From contig NIVC01000671.1 in assembly GCA_002269645.1 (NCBI GenBank), forward strand, positions 124,001 through 188,000: a DNA stretch of 64,000 nucleotides, read 5' to 3'. Below the pieces are notes generated by a model, which was not told the origin of the DNA, did not search any database, and saw only the letters and a list, made by a program, of their open reading frames with translations. The position numbers and the translations under genes are program-made. Source of the DNA: Macrostomum lignano (Eukaryota). Each line of letters starts with the position of its first letter. The stretch's first letter is position 1. This document shows, one piece after another, positions 48,384-63,066 of this stretch.

Positions 48384-49950
48384 TCAGCTTCTCCCAATGG
48401 CAGCAGCCAGCAGGCCAGTCAGCCGGGCGCTGAGCTCCAGCCCGGGCAGGTAGGGCCACATAAGCAGGGCCTCCAGGCAGCCAATAGCAAAGCCGCAGGC
48501 CACGTCCAGAGGAAAGTGCCGCCCAAGCAGCACCCTGGAGGCGGGCACAGCCAGCAGCCAGAGCAGGGCTGGCAGCCTCAGACAGGCGCTGAAGTGCAGC
48601 AGGCAGAGCATCATGCCGCACTTGCTGGCGTGACCAGAGGGAAATGAGTAGTGATCCACTGCAACTGTGGCTGTCATGTCCGCCGCGTGGTTCCTGCCTG
48701 CCAGGTTCAGTCAAATGGACTTTTTAGAGTATAACCCGACCTAGGAAAGATCCCACTTTGGTCAGATCCCTATTCTGAACAGATCCCCATGCTTCCCAGA
48801 TCCCCATTCTTACCACATTCCCTTTCTGCCCAGATCCCCATTCTTCTCAGATCTCCATTTTCCTAGGTCCTCTCTTCCCAGATTCCCATTCTTCCCAGAT
48901 CCCCATTCTTCCCAGATCCCCATTCTTCCCAGATCCCCATTCTTTCCAGATCCCCATTCTTTCCAGATCCCCATTCTTCCCAGATCCAAATTCTTCCCAG
49001 ATCCTCATTTGAACAGATTCTCATTCTTCCCAGATCCCCATTCTTCCCAGATCCCCATTCTGCCTAGATCCCCATTCTTCCCAGATCCCCATTCTTCCCA
49101 GATCCCCATTCTTCCCAGATCCCCATTCTTCCCAAATCCCCATTCTTCCCAGATCCCCATTCTTCCCAGATCCCCATTCTTTCCAGATCCCCATTCTTTC
49201 CAGATCCCCATTCTTCCCAGATCCAAATTCTTCCCAGATCCTCATTTGAACAGATCCTCATTATTCCCAGATCCCCATTCTTCCCAGATCCCCATTCTTC
49301 CCAGATCCCCATTCTTCCCAGATCCCCATTCTTCCCAGATCCCCATTCTTCCCAGATCCCCATTCTTCCCAGATCCCCATTCTTCCCAGATCCCCATTCT
49401 TCCCAGATCCCCATTCTTCCCAGATCCCCATTCTTCCCAGATCCCCATTCTTCCCAGATCCCCATTCTTCCCAGATCCCCATTCTTCCCAGATCCCCATT
49501 CTTCCCAGATCCCCATTCTTCCCAGATCCCCATTCTTCCCAGATCCCCATTCTTCCCAAATCCCCATTCTACCCAGATACTAGATCCCCATTCTGCCCAG
49601 ATCCCCATTCTCCCCAGATCCCCATTCTCCCTACGAGAACTCTTTAGCCCGCAGCAATCGATTCTCACCCGGCCTCCCCCGCCGGAACACCGCCTTCAGG
49701 CAGCCAATCAGCAGCAGGTCGAACAGCTGGCCGGCGAACAGGCGCAGACAGAGCAGCCGGGCCTCGGGGCCCCGGCCTGCAGGGCGAAGAGCACAGCGAG
49801 CAGCGGCAGCAGCAGGGCAGCGTGACCCGACACCTCCAGCAGGAGGGCGACGCGGCGGAGTGGCGCGCGGGGCCGGGCGAGCAGCGACAGGCGCTCCGAT
49901 AGGGCCGCGTCGAGACTCAGCAGGCGATCCTGCAGTGCAAAACCACTCAT
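48384..49950 (-). CDS. PLPP6: PAP2-family phospholipid phosphatase, PLPP6/PPAPDC2-like, about 198 aa, with a 1-bp deletion in exon 1
   Basis: Exons 49950-49669 and 48697-48384. Motifs KAVFRRGRP, SFPSGH, SRVLLGRHFPLD and LEVSGH. Frame and splice phase are restored only by adding one base at the G4 run near 49766-49770. Confidence 0.8.
48770..49632. repeat. 17-bp intronic minisatellite (CAGATCCCCATTCTTCC)n
   Basis: Fills the PLPP6-like intron. Confidence 0.95.
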
Positions 49951-49951
49951 A

Positions 49952-50835
49952 TTGGTCATTGGTCATTAGATAATTGGTGATTAGGTCATGCATAAAGGTA
50001 TGGGTCATTAGGTCATCGGTCACTAGGTCATGTGTCATTAGGACATGTGTCATTAGAGCATAGGCCACTACATCATTTGTCATTAGATAATTGGTGATTA
50101 GGTCATGGGTCATAAAGGTATGGGTCATTAGGTCATCGGTCACTAGGTAATTGGTTATTAGGTCATGGGTCATTAGGTCATGTGTCATTAGAGCATAGGC
50201 CACTACATCATTTGTCATTAGATAATTGGTGATTAGGTCATGGGTCATAAAGGTATGGGTCATTAGGTCATCGGTCACTAGGTAATTGGTCATTAGGTCA
50301 TGGGTCATTAGGTCATGGGTCATTAGGTCATGGGTCATTAGGTCATGGGTCATTAGGTCATGGGTCATTAGGTCATGTGTCATTAGAGCATAGGCCACTA
50401 CATCATTTGTCATTAGATAATTGGTGATTAGGTCATGGGTCATAAAGGTATGGGTCATTAGGTCATCGGTCACTAGGTAATTGGTCATTAGGTCATGGGT
50501 CATTAGGTCATGGGTCATTAGGTCATGGGTCATTAGGTCATGGGTCATTAGGTCATGGGTCATTAGGTCATGGGTCATTAGGTCATGGGTCATTAGGTCA
50601 TGGGTCATTAGGTCATGGGTCATTAGGTCATGGGTCATTAGGTCATGGGTCATTAGGTCATGGGTCATTAAGTCATGGGTCATTAGGTCATGGATCATTA
50701 GGTCATGTGTCATTAGAGCATAGGCGACTATGTAATTTGTCATTAGATAATTGGTGATTAGGTCATGGGTCATTAGGTCATGGTTCATTAGATAATTGGT
50801 GATTAGGTCATGGGTCATTAGGTCATGGGGTAATT
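49952..50835. repeat. 15-bp minisatellite (GGTCATTAGGTCATG)n with higher-order blocks
   Basis: Abuts the PLPP6-like start; (MTHDL)n pseudo-ORF. Confidence 0.94.
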
Positions 50836-51524
50836 AGGTCCTGGGATCATGAAGTCTTGGGTCATTATGTCATAATCGGATTAGAAGGTGCTGAAGGCTT
50901 TGCATATGAAAGACGAATAAATAAAAGTCTGATATTCTGTACTCTGGCTAAAGAAATTAGAGCAAATGCGCAATCAGCGAAATTTTATTTTATTTATCTA
51001 AATTCACACCCAATAGACCATCAATGAACTAAAAGTGCTACTCACAGTAGGCACAGCACTGAGTGACATTTGATCAGCCTGTCGACTGGGCACGAACGAA
51101 AAACAAAATCAAATTGCCAGGGACCGTTGGTTATGCTGAATGGATTAGAGACTCATGACCTACGAGCCTATACAACAGCGGCATTGTAAAAAAGGAGTGG
51201 GGAAGTTGAGGAATGTGCTCACTAAACCATGCTGAGCGTCTGGGTGCGTGAATGGAAAAAATACTGCAACATTGCGAATTTAAATTAGCACCAAAAATTT
51301 AAGTCAATTCTAGGCATTGAAAACAGCTACGCGATTTTGGTTTGCGTAAATATATTCTTGAAGATAAGAATATTGATCCGTTGTGTGTACAATAAAGGGA
51401 TAGAATTTTGCGGGCCACGTACATTTAGGAGAAGGAAATATAGACCAGGCTTGTGTACTCATACATTTACGCGATACACGAGTAAGAAGGAATTCTGTCC
51501 GTACATTGAGGGATAAAAATTTCG

Positions 51525-51825
51525 AGGGCACGAATGTACACTCAGGGATAGAAATTGAGGGGCACGAATGTACACTCAGGGATAGAAATTGAGGGGGCAC
51601 GAATGTACACTAAGGGATAGAAATTGAGGGGGCACGAATGTACACTCAGGGATAGAAATTGAGGGGGCACGAATGTACACTCAGGGATAGAAATTGAGGG
51701 GGCACGAATGTACACTCAGGGATAGAAATTGAGGGGGCACGAATGTACACTCAGGGATAGAAATTGCGGGGGCACGAATGTACACTCAGTGATAGAAATT
51801 TCGAGGGCCGAATGTACACTCCGGG
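51525..51825. repeat. ~35-bp minisatellite (GAATGTACACTCAGGGATAGAAATTGAGGGGGCAC)n
   Basis: About 8 intergenic units. Confidence 0.9.
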
Positions 51826-52032
51826 ACTAAAATGAGGTTGGACTAGCGTACATTCAAATAAAAGAATTTTGTAAATGTTTGATTTAAATAAACAATTATC
51901 AAGCGAGGCAGCGTATGTTCTAAAACAAAACTTTAATTTAATCAATTAGCTATATCAAAAATATATTTGAAAAATAAAAAACAGGTCCATTTCGACTAAT
52001 CAGTGAAATCTTCCAACTCTCCAATATCATTA

Positions 52033-53620
<1,588 letters not shown>

Positions 53621-53664
53621 CTGCAATCGGGACAGAGGGAGAGCTGTAGGCTCGTTGATTCGTA

Positions 53665-53960
53665 GATAGATGAGCAGGTAGATAGATGGGCATCCAGGTA
53701 GATAGATGGGCAGGTAGATAGATGAGCAGGTAGATAGATGGGCATGTATTGTAGATATTCAGGTAGATAGATGAGCACGTAGATAGATTTGCAGGTAGAT
53801 GGATGGGCAGGTAGATAGATTTGCAGGTAGATGGATGGGCAGGTAGATAGATTTGCAGGTAGATAGAGAGGCAGGGTAGATACATTGGAAGGCAGATAGA
53901 TGCGTAGGGTAGATAGATAGGCAGACAGATAGATGGGCAGGTAGATATATAAGCAGGCAG
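53665..53960. repeat. Degenerate ~20-bp repeat (GCAGGTAGATAGATGG..)
   Basis: Intron upstream of exon 53620. Confidence 0.8.
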
Positions 53961-54426
53961 ATGGAAGGATTTGGACGGTGGTAGAAGCATAGACTGTTCC
54001 TGCTAGTGAACTGCGCCGAGCCGGGACAGGCAATGAAAAGCAGGCCAACAATGCAACAATTATTAAACAGTCGTTAAAAATAAAAGACATCACAATACCT
54101 GCTGTACTTTGTCATGAAAATCTGCGTGTATTAGAAAAAAAAACAGCTGATGTGTCTAACTCAAAACCAAAGGAAGGTCCGGGGTTCGAAGCGCCGCGGG
54201 AAAATTGCATGCAAATTGTAAAAATGGAAAAAAATATAGCCATCCGTAGTAAAACTACCATTACAAACGACGAAACGAGACACTGTTAACCCCTGCATAA
54301 ATTCATAAATTTCTAATATTGTGCGTCAAAGCTTTTAAATAGAGGGAAAAATTGTGCGAATGGAAGAGAAGAAAATTCAGGTGATAAAATAAAATTTTAT
54401 ACTCGACTTTCGCTCAGTTTGAATCG

Positions 54427-54852
54427 CAGATACTAGAATAACTGGATGGGCCACTCAAAACAGCTTTCTACTTTTACTTCAGTAGCAAATAAGAATACAT
54501 AAGCTATTTTATAAAATAAAGGCAGCTGAAACGACTTCGATAAGCTTAAAAGCCAAGCTTGCAGGCGTAAACAACTTGCTAATTGGTTCAGCAATAATGT
54601 ACATTAGCCAGTCCACTAAAATGTACATGGCAGCTTTGGGCTGGAATTCCGAGAAAGGCAATAAAAATTGGGGGGGGGGGGGGGGGTTGTGTGGAAAGGC
54701 GCGGTTGGGGGGTTTAAGCTGAGGGGTAAGAGCCAATAAATAGCCTTGGCTTTAAAAATACATTAAAAAGCTTCTATTTTACTAACTACTGAACTGAAAG
54801 TAGTTTACACGCAAATGTGCTGAGTGGCCCATCATAGTTATTTTAGCATCTA
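54427..54852 (+). mobile_element. MITE-like element, copy 3
   Basis: CAGATACTAGAATAACTGGATGGGCCACTCA ... TGAGTGGCCCATCATAGTTATTTTAGCATCT terminal inverted repeats; interior colinear with copy 2. Confidence 0.78.
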
Positions 54853-55619
54853 TAGCTTGAATTCGCGCGAAAAAATAAACGACTTTGAATAGCCTCATCA
54901 GCAGCTTTACAGATCTGTGAAGAAAATTCAACAGAAGCAGCAGTTAGAAATCAGCTTCTGTTAATTCTTGGAAAACGGAAAACGCTTTCGTGGAAAATCG
55001 GGCGAAAGAGTTCAGTAAAACAAAAATAATTTTTAAAGGAAAGCCGCAAACTCGGTTAGAATACTTCGTTAATACAGCATAAGGTCCGACAGTGCTATTT
55101 AAAAAGGAAAACAGAAAAAATGATAGGCATAAATATTTAAATATTTGATAAATAAAAACGGTGAGCGCAGTAAAACAAGACAGCAGTTATAACAAAGTAA
55201 TAAATGTTTATCATAGAATCTAATATAAACACAACCTTCAGTGTAGAAAAAAGGAAAAGTCGGTTAAGTAAAAGTCCGCTAGAAAGAAAAGTAGAATTGG
55301 AAAATTCTGTACAAATTAGTATGGACAAATGGTAAAAAAGCAGGTTGCTTTTATGGCTTGCAAACTTGAACTTCAATACTACTAACAGTAGATGAAAATA
55401 CACAGAGGTTTGTGCATGAAAATAAAATTAATAATTCAGTTAAGGCACTTATCACTAATAAACTTTATATTTCTCTATCTCTTTTACTCTTGATGCAAAA
55501 TAAATGTAAAACGCTTTCTACATTGCTTTTAGTAGCGATAGTAGTGAAAATGATTTTATAATTTTTTAAATTAAAATTTAGTACTAACTGGTCATTGGTT
55601 CGAATCGATAGCAGCAGCC

Positions 55620-58600
55620 CTAGCAAGCGGATTTCTGCCTGGTTGGAGACAGAATCAGCGGATCTTTCAGGCGCCTGGCCTCGGTCTCGAGCTGCGAGAT
55701 CTGCTCCCGAAGCATGTTGTACTGCTCAACGTCGAATTTCCGTTTCTCCGCGTCTGAGTAAAATTTCTTCAGGTATTCTCGGTCCCACACTTGGGGGAAG
55801 GTGTACTCCTGCGGATGGAGAAAGGAGTGCGGCACTCGGTTGAGCTGGTCACTCCGAGACATTATATTGTCACTCCGAGACAATGATATTGTCACTCCGA
55901 GACATTATATTGTCACTCCGAGACTATGAAATTGTCACTCCGAGACTATGAAATTGTCACTCCGAGACTATGATATTGTCACTCTGAGACTAATATTATC
56001 ACTCTGAGACTATGGTATTGTCACTCCGAGACTAAAATATTGTCACTCCGAGATTAATATTGTCACTACGAGACTACAATATGGTCACTCCGAGACTATA
56101 ATATTGTCAATCCGAGACTATAATATTTTCACTCCGAGACTACAATATTTTCACTCCGAGACTACAATATTGTCACTCCGAGACTACAATATTGTCACTC
56201 CGATACAATATTCTCACTCGAGACTATAGTATGGTCACTCCGAGACTACAATATTGTCACTCCGAGACTACAATATTGTCACTCCGAGACTACAATATTC
56301 TCACTCGAGACTATAATATGGTCACTCCGAGACTACAATATTGTCACTCCAAGACTATATAATGGTCACTCCAAGACTATAATATGGTCACTCCGAGACT
56401 ACAATATTGTCACTCTGAGACCACAATATTGTCACTCCGCTACAATATTCTCACTCGAGACTATATTAAGGTCACTCCGAGACTACAATATTGTCACTCC
56501 GAGACTACAATATTGTCACTCTGAGACTACAATATTGTCACTCCGCTACAATATTCTCACTCGAGACTATATTATGGTCACTCCGAGACTACAATATTGT
56601 CACTCCGAGACTACAATATTGTCACTCTGAGACTACAATATTGTCACTCCGCTACAATATTCTCACTCGAGACTATATTATGGTCACTCCGAGACTACAA
56701 TATTGTCACTCTGAGACTACAATATTGTCACTCTGAGACTACAATATTGTCACTCCGCTACAATATTCTCACTCGAGACTATAATATGGTCACTCCGAGA
56801 CTACAATATTGTCACTCTGAGACTACAATATTGTCACTCTGAGACTACAATATTGTCACTCTGAGACTACAATATTGTCACTCTGAGACTACAATATTGT
56901 CACTCCGCTACAATATTCTCACTCGAGACTATAATATGGTCACTCCGAGACTACAATATTGTCACTCTGAGACTACAATATTGTCACTCCGCTACAATAT
57001 TCTCACTCGAGACTATAATATGGTCACTCCGAGACTACAATATTGTCACTCTGAGACTACAATATTGTCACTCCGCTACAATATTCTCACTCGAGACTAT
57101 ATTATGGTCACTCCGAGACTATGATGTTGTCACTACGTTTGTAGGAGACTATAATATTGTCACTACGATGCTACAATATGGTCACTCCGGGACTATAATA
57201 CTGTCGCACCGAGAATAAAACATTTTCACTCGATGCTAATGCTTTTTAACTGGAGAATTTCGTCTAACTCTATCTAAGAGTAAATTATCTTTTCTCACTC
57301 TTTAGCTCGTAGTCATAAATTTGTCAATATCCTTGGAGATTGTCACACAGAGTATTAGTAGTTTGTAACACTGTCACTCTGGAGTTGTCACATTGACTCT
57401 CTGGAATTGTCACACTGACTCTCTGGAATTGTCACACTGACTCTCTGGAATTGTCACACTGACTCTCTGGAATTGTCACACTGTCACTCTGGAATTGTCA
57501 CACTGTCACTCTGGAGATTGTCACACTGACTCTCTGGAATTGTCACACTGTCACTCTGGAATTGTCACACTGACTCTCTGGAATTGTCACACTGACTCTC
57601 TGGAATTGTCACACTGACTCTCTGGAATTGTCACACTGACTCTCTGGAATTGTCACACTGACTCTCTGGAATTGTCACACTGACTCTCTGGAATTGTCAC
57701 ACTGACTCTCTGGAATTGTCACACTGACTCTCTGGAGATTGTCACACTGACTCTCTGAAATTGTCACACTGACTCTCTGGAATTGTCACACTGTCACTCT
57801 GGAATTGTCACACTGTCACTCTGGAGATTGTCACACTGACTCTCTGGAATTGTCACACTGTCACTCTGAAATTGTCACACTGTCACTCTGGAATTGTCAC
57901 ACTGTCACTCTGGAGATTGTCACACTGACTCTCTGGAATTATCACACTGTCACTCTGGAGATTGTCACACTGACTCTCTGGAATTGTCACACTGTCACTC
58001 TGAAATTGTCACACTGTCACTCTGGAATTGTCACACTGTCATTCAGGAATTGTCACACTGTCACTCTGGAGATTGTCACACTGACTCTCTGGAATTGTCA
58101 CACTGACTCTCTGGAATTGTCACACTGTCACTCTGAAATTGTCACACTGTCACTCTGGAGATTGTCACACTGACTCTCTGGAATTGTCACACTGTCACTC
58201 TGGAATTGTCACACTGTCACTCTGGAATTGTCACACTGTCACTCTGGAGATTGTCACACTGACTCTCTGGAATTATCACACTGTCACTCTGGAGATTGTC
58301 ACACTGACTCTCTGGAATTGTCACACTGTCACTCTGAAATTGTCACACTGTCACTCTGGAATTGTCACACTGTCATTCAGGAATTGTCACACTGTCACTC
58401 TGGAGATTGTCACACTGACTCTCTGGAATTGTCACACTGACTCTCTGGAATTGTCACACTGTCACTCTGAAATTGTCACACTGTCACTCTGGAGATTGTC
58501 ACACTTACTCTCTGGAATTGTCACACTGTCACTCTGAAATTGTCACACTGTCACTCTAGAATTGTCACACTGACTCTTGGAAGATTGTCACACTGTCACT

Positions 58601-61161
58601 CTGGAATTGTCACACTGTCACCCTGGAATTGTCACACTGTTACTCTGGAGATTGTCACTCTTGGCAGACGGGCCCAAAGTCACTTACCTGCTTGGTGATA
58701 ACATAGTAGGCGTAGGCAACCATAAGCGTGCCGTAGCCAACAAAGTAGATAACGGGCTCCATGATGTCCCAGCTGTATTCCCACCAGGTCAAACGGGCCA
58801 AAAAGCCAAACTGCAGGCCCATGAAGGACAGGCCGAGCCAGGTGAGGACACGGGTCTGCTGTGACGCTTTGTTAGCGAGTTGAAGGCGGACCTTGGGAAG
58901 TGAAATGGGATTTATACCTTTTGCTCAGGCTTACGAGCTATAAAGAATATCGGAGTGTCAAGTAAAATGAATGAAATATTAAAACCTGAAAATTTATTTC
59001 TCAGAGTGACAAGATGAGAATCTCGAACTGACAAGACGAGAATACTCGAGTGACAAGATGAGACTCTTGGATCAGCAATAATATCGGAGTGACCAAACGA
59101 GAATTTTGGAGTGACCAGACAAGAAAACTCGGAGCGACAAGATAATAACCTTGGAGTGACAATGTGACAGTGACAATGTGACAAGGAGTGACACGGTGAC
59201 AGTGACAATGTAAAAAGGAGTGACACGGTGACAGTGACAATGTGACAAGGAGTGACACGGTGAGAGTGACAATGTGACAAGAGTGACACGGTGAGAGTGA
59301 CAATGTGACAAGAGTGACACAGAGTGACAAGCTGACAAAGAGTGACACGGTGACAAGAGTGACACGGTGAGAGTGACAATGTGACAAGAGTGACACAGAG
59401 TGACAAGATGACAAAGAGTGACACGGTGGCAGAGTGACAAAGAGTGACAAGATGACAAAGAGTGACAAGATGACAAAGAGTGACAAGATGACAAAGAGTG
59501 ACAAGATGACAAAGAGTGACAAGATGACAAAGAGTGACAAGATGACAAACAGTGTCACGGTGACAAAAAGTGACAAGATGACAGAGTGACAAGATGACAC
59601 GGTGACAAAGAGTGACAAGATGACGTCAATGACTGAAAATGAGCGTCTGAGATAACAGGTGCCTCTCACCTCTTCCAGCGGCTGGATTTGCTGCCGAAGT
59701 TCAGCCAGCCTGTCGCTGAGCTGTCGCTCCTTGGCCTCCTGGAAGTCGCGCACGCCCAGGCCGGTGTACAGCTGAGCGATGCTGTTGCGCACATCGTCCA
59801 GCTGCTGGGGCTGAATCTGATCCGAGTCTGCCAGGGCGGCTGGCACGGCAACCTGGTAGCGCTGCTCGTTCAGCTGCACCTGAAAGCCGTCACTTCTCAG
59901 CAGACTCTCGATTGGGTCGGAGCTGGCGACTCGAAATCCGTCTGTTGGCGACAGGGGCGAGTCTTGGGATACAGCAGGGGGATTCTTGGGATACAGCGGG
60001 GGCGAGTCTTGGGATACAGCGGGGGCGATTCTTGGGATACAGCAGGGGCGATTCTTGGGATACAGCGGGGGCGAGTCTTGGGATACAGCGGGGGCGATTC
60101 TTGGGATACAGTGGGGGGCGATTCTTGGGATACAGCGGGGGCGATTCTTGGGATACAGCGGGGGGATTCTTGGGATACAGTGGGGGGCGATTCTTGGGAT
60201 ACAGCGGGGGCGATTCTTGGGATACAGTGGGGGGCGATTCTTTGGATACAGTGGGGGCGATTCTTGGGATACAGTGGGGGGCGATTCTTGGGATACAGTG
60301 GGGGCGAGACTTATGATACAGTGGGGGGCGATTCTTGGGATACAGTGGGGGCGAGTCTTGGGATACAGTGGGGGGCGATTCTTGGGATACAGTGGGGGCG
60401 ATTCTTGGGATACAGCGGGGGGCGATTCTTGGGATAAAGTGGGGGCGAGTCTTGGGATACAGTGGGGGGCGATTCTTGGGATACAGCGGGGGCGATTCTT
60501 GGGATACAGCGGGGGCGATTCTTGGGATACAGTGGGGGCGATTCTTGGGATACAGTGGGGGCGATTCTTGGGATACAGCGGGGGCGATTCTTGGGATACA
60601 GCGGGGGCAATTCTTGGGATACAGTGGGGGCGAGTCTTGGGATACAGCGGGGGCGATTCTTGGGATACAGCGGGGGCGATTCTTGGGATACAGCGGGGCG
60701 ATTTTTGGGATACAGCGGGGGACAGCACCATTTTACCGCTTCTTTCAACAGTCACAAGCAATTTAAATGAATATAAAAATAGCTCCGACTATTTTAGTGC
60801 CATGCTCCATACTCACTACTCACAAATAGTAAGTAGGCGATGCAACACATGGAATCAGAATAGTACCTTTAGTGTAAAAAGCCACCATTTCGAGTCCGCG
60901 GTCCTCCTTGCGCACGCAGGCAACCAGATCGCCTACCGTGTCTGTCAGCGGCTTCAACGTGAACTGGCATGGCACCCCATTCCGGCCGGGAAGTGGCAGG
61001 CGAAACCTCGGCAGGCCAGCATCAAAGATGACGCTGGCTTGCGCAGTTGGGGCGCTGCAGAAACTGCGCTGGTGGGCTGGTTGTTGCCAAGCAACAGATG
61101 CCATGGCAACGGGAACTAGGCGATGGTGGGGCCTGAGGTGCTGCCAGCAGCGACTCAACAT
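55620..61161 (-). CDS. MCU: Mitochondrial calcium uniporter, about 319 aa
   Basis: Exons 61161-60867, 59941-59670, 58891-58688, 55808-55620 (960 bp, phase-consistent). Motifs [27 protein letters not shown] (DIME selectivity filter), [13 protein letters not shown]...RRLKDPL. Confidence 0.95.
55850..57200. repeat. 22-bp intronic minisatellite (GAGACTACAATATTGTCACTCC)n
   Basis: MCU intron 3, acceptor-proximal array. Confidence 0.94.
57370..58660. repeat. 22-bp intronic minisatellite (GGAATTGTCACACTGACTCTCT)n with a 334-bp higher-order duplication
   Basis: MCU intron 3, donor-proximal array; identical pseudo-ORFs at 57894 and 58228 are offset by 334 bp. Confidence 0.94.
59005..59630. repeat. 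~18-bp degenerate minisatellite (AGTGACAAGATGACAAAG)n
   Basis: MCU intron 2. Confidence 0.88.
59955..60722. repeat. 23-24-bp minisatellite (GGGGGCGATTCTTGGGATACAGC)n
   Basis: MCU intron 1; ends about 12 nt from the acceptor. Confidence 0.95.
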
Positions 61162-62437
61162 GGCAGCATGCAAAGTTTTTGATTTACTGAATATAATTTA
61201 AAAACACGATTTATTCTACTTTCTAAGTAGCATAAAAAGTTATTTATGCTGTAAAGTTGTTGTAGTTGACTTAGTTGCTTGGGACTTCTAGCACTGCCAA
61301 GGCATAGATAGACACACTAACACAGGGTGTACAGTCCATTGACATATGAGCCAAATCTATTAGCTGCCAGCTACTTATTGCCACTATATCATTGAGTAGC
61401 TTTACAAGTATATTATATTTGATCTTAACTAAATGATGAATTATATTTAAAAGAAAGAAAACAAAAATTTAAAAAGCCTAAATCTTCTGATTGATTCTAA
61501 ATATCATCTTTAACCTTAGTTTTTAGTATGATTTTCAGCAAATTTGAACATAGCAGGAATTGAGCATAGATTTTATTATATAGGAATGCAATAATCATAG
61601 ACTTAAAAAGATATAGATATATTCATAGATTTATATAGCTTTCAATATAGCAATACAATACAATATTTAAATAAAACTGCCACATAAATGGATAATAATT
61701 TAAAACATAATTAACAAAAAAGTCTTTTTGACAAATAAAATAATACTAATTTTAGAGTTTTTATTTATTTAATAATAGTAGTTAGCTTTTTTTTAAAGAA
61801 GGATTTTAATAATTGGTCTTTATAATCATATAAATTAGAAATTGGGATACTTCAGTAGGGCCTACCAATGCTAGATCTTAAATGAAAAAATTCTAGTCAA
61901 GAATCCCTAATTCCGGGATTAGGTCCTTCTTAAAATAAAAAGCAACAAACAACTAAATATATTTTTGTTCAACAGTTTCCATGCCATTTTGATTTGTTTA
62001 TGCACTATCTAATTAGGCCTATATCCATTTTATCTAGGTAAGGCTTAGCGTAGCTAGTCAATTATGATTTTTTAAAGAGCAAGGTGTAAATTATAGATAT
62101 TTTATTTTAACTAGGGGCCTTGAGCTTTAATTTCTTTCAGCGTTCAGGCGGTTCAGCATACTCGAAAAAGACTAGGCCCATATGCGTGGAATTTAACTGA
62201 ATGTCCTGCTTATAAGCTTTAGACTTATAGAGACACATAAAAGTATATTGGTTAAAATAAGTATTAGCGCGAAAAAATGGAGCACCAAATTACGCAGTTC
62301 GCAACTGGGACCCGTCGCTAGCAATAAGTGATCGGTGGTAACTCGTATGTCAAAGAAAAGACCTGAAAATCTATAAAATCGAATTGTAAAAATAAAACTT
62401 TTTCTTCGCTTGCATTCTTCAATACCCGTCGAACAAG

Positions 62438-63066
62438 TCAAAGGGCAGGGCTAACGAGTCTTTTGGCATCCGATGAGCGACACAATAATCTTAGTAAGTT
62501 TATTATGCTTATTATTTTGTTAAATATACTACAATTTTACAATCCGCTATATATATAGCTACCTTGGAAGAACCCCCTGCAAAAGTCCTCTCTGTCCTTG
62601 CATGTTCCATGTAATCCTCTCCTGGAGCGTCTTTTTATCATCGGCTGACTTGTAGATTGACAGCTAAAAGACACAAGTTAGTAAGTTAAGTTCAGAGCCC
62701 TTCTGACACCCGATTTCCAAAGAGCTGGTTTGGAAAGCCATGCTCACGTACTGGTGGCGGCAGATTAGCCTAATCTCCGGGTTAGTTGATTTCTGCTGTT
62801 CAAAGTTTCCTGCTTATCTCTCGCTATGTTTTTAAGCTATATACATTTAGGACGTAGCTGCTCGCCACATATTTTTGCTATACCTTGGGGCTGACCATGT
62901 ATCTGATATGCTGTAGCTTGGGGAGGACAGCTAGCATTATTAATGATAGATTTCTTTGCTCTAAGGTCTGACAAGCATTCCGATTAAAGAAAGCCGAACC
63001 AATCGATATATTCTAGCGGAATGGGCGACGCTCGCCTCCCCGCAGCGTCTTTGGACCGCCCTGCAG
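62438..63066 (-). CDS. Tentative 3' part of an unknown small-exon gene
   Basis: AG/GT-bounded islands 63066-63000, 62930-62884, 62809-62748, 62663-62563, 62489-62438 separated by 69-84-bp introns. They join in one open frame (AGRSKDAAGRRASPIPLEYIDCCPPQATAYQIHGQPQGNFEQQKSTNPEIRLICRHQYLSIYKSADDKKTLQERITWNMQGQRGLLQGVLPRLLCRSSDAKRLVSPAL*). No family recognised. Confidence 0.4.

Noticed and set aside
59001-61119. 586-aa and 377-aa ORFs over MCU
   Set aside because: MCU exon 2 flanked by intronic repeats, and antisense repeat translation.
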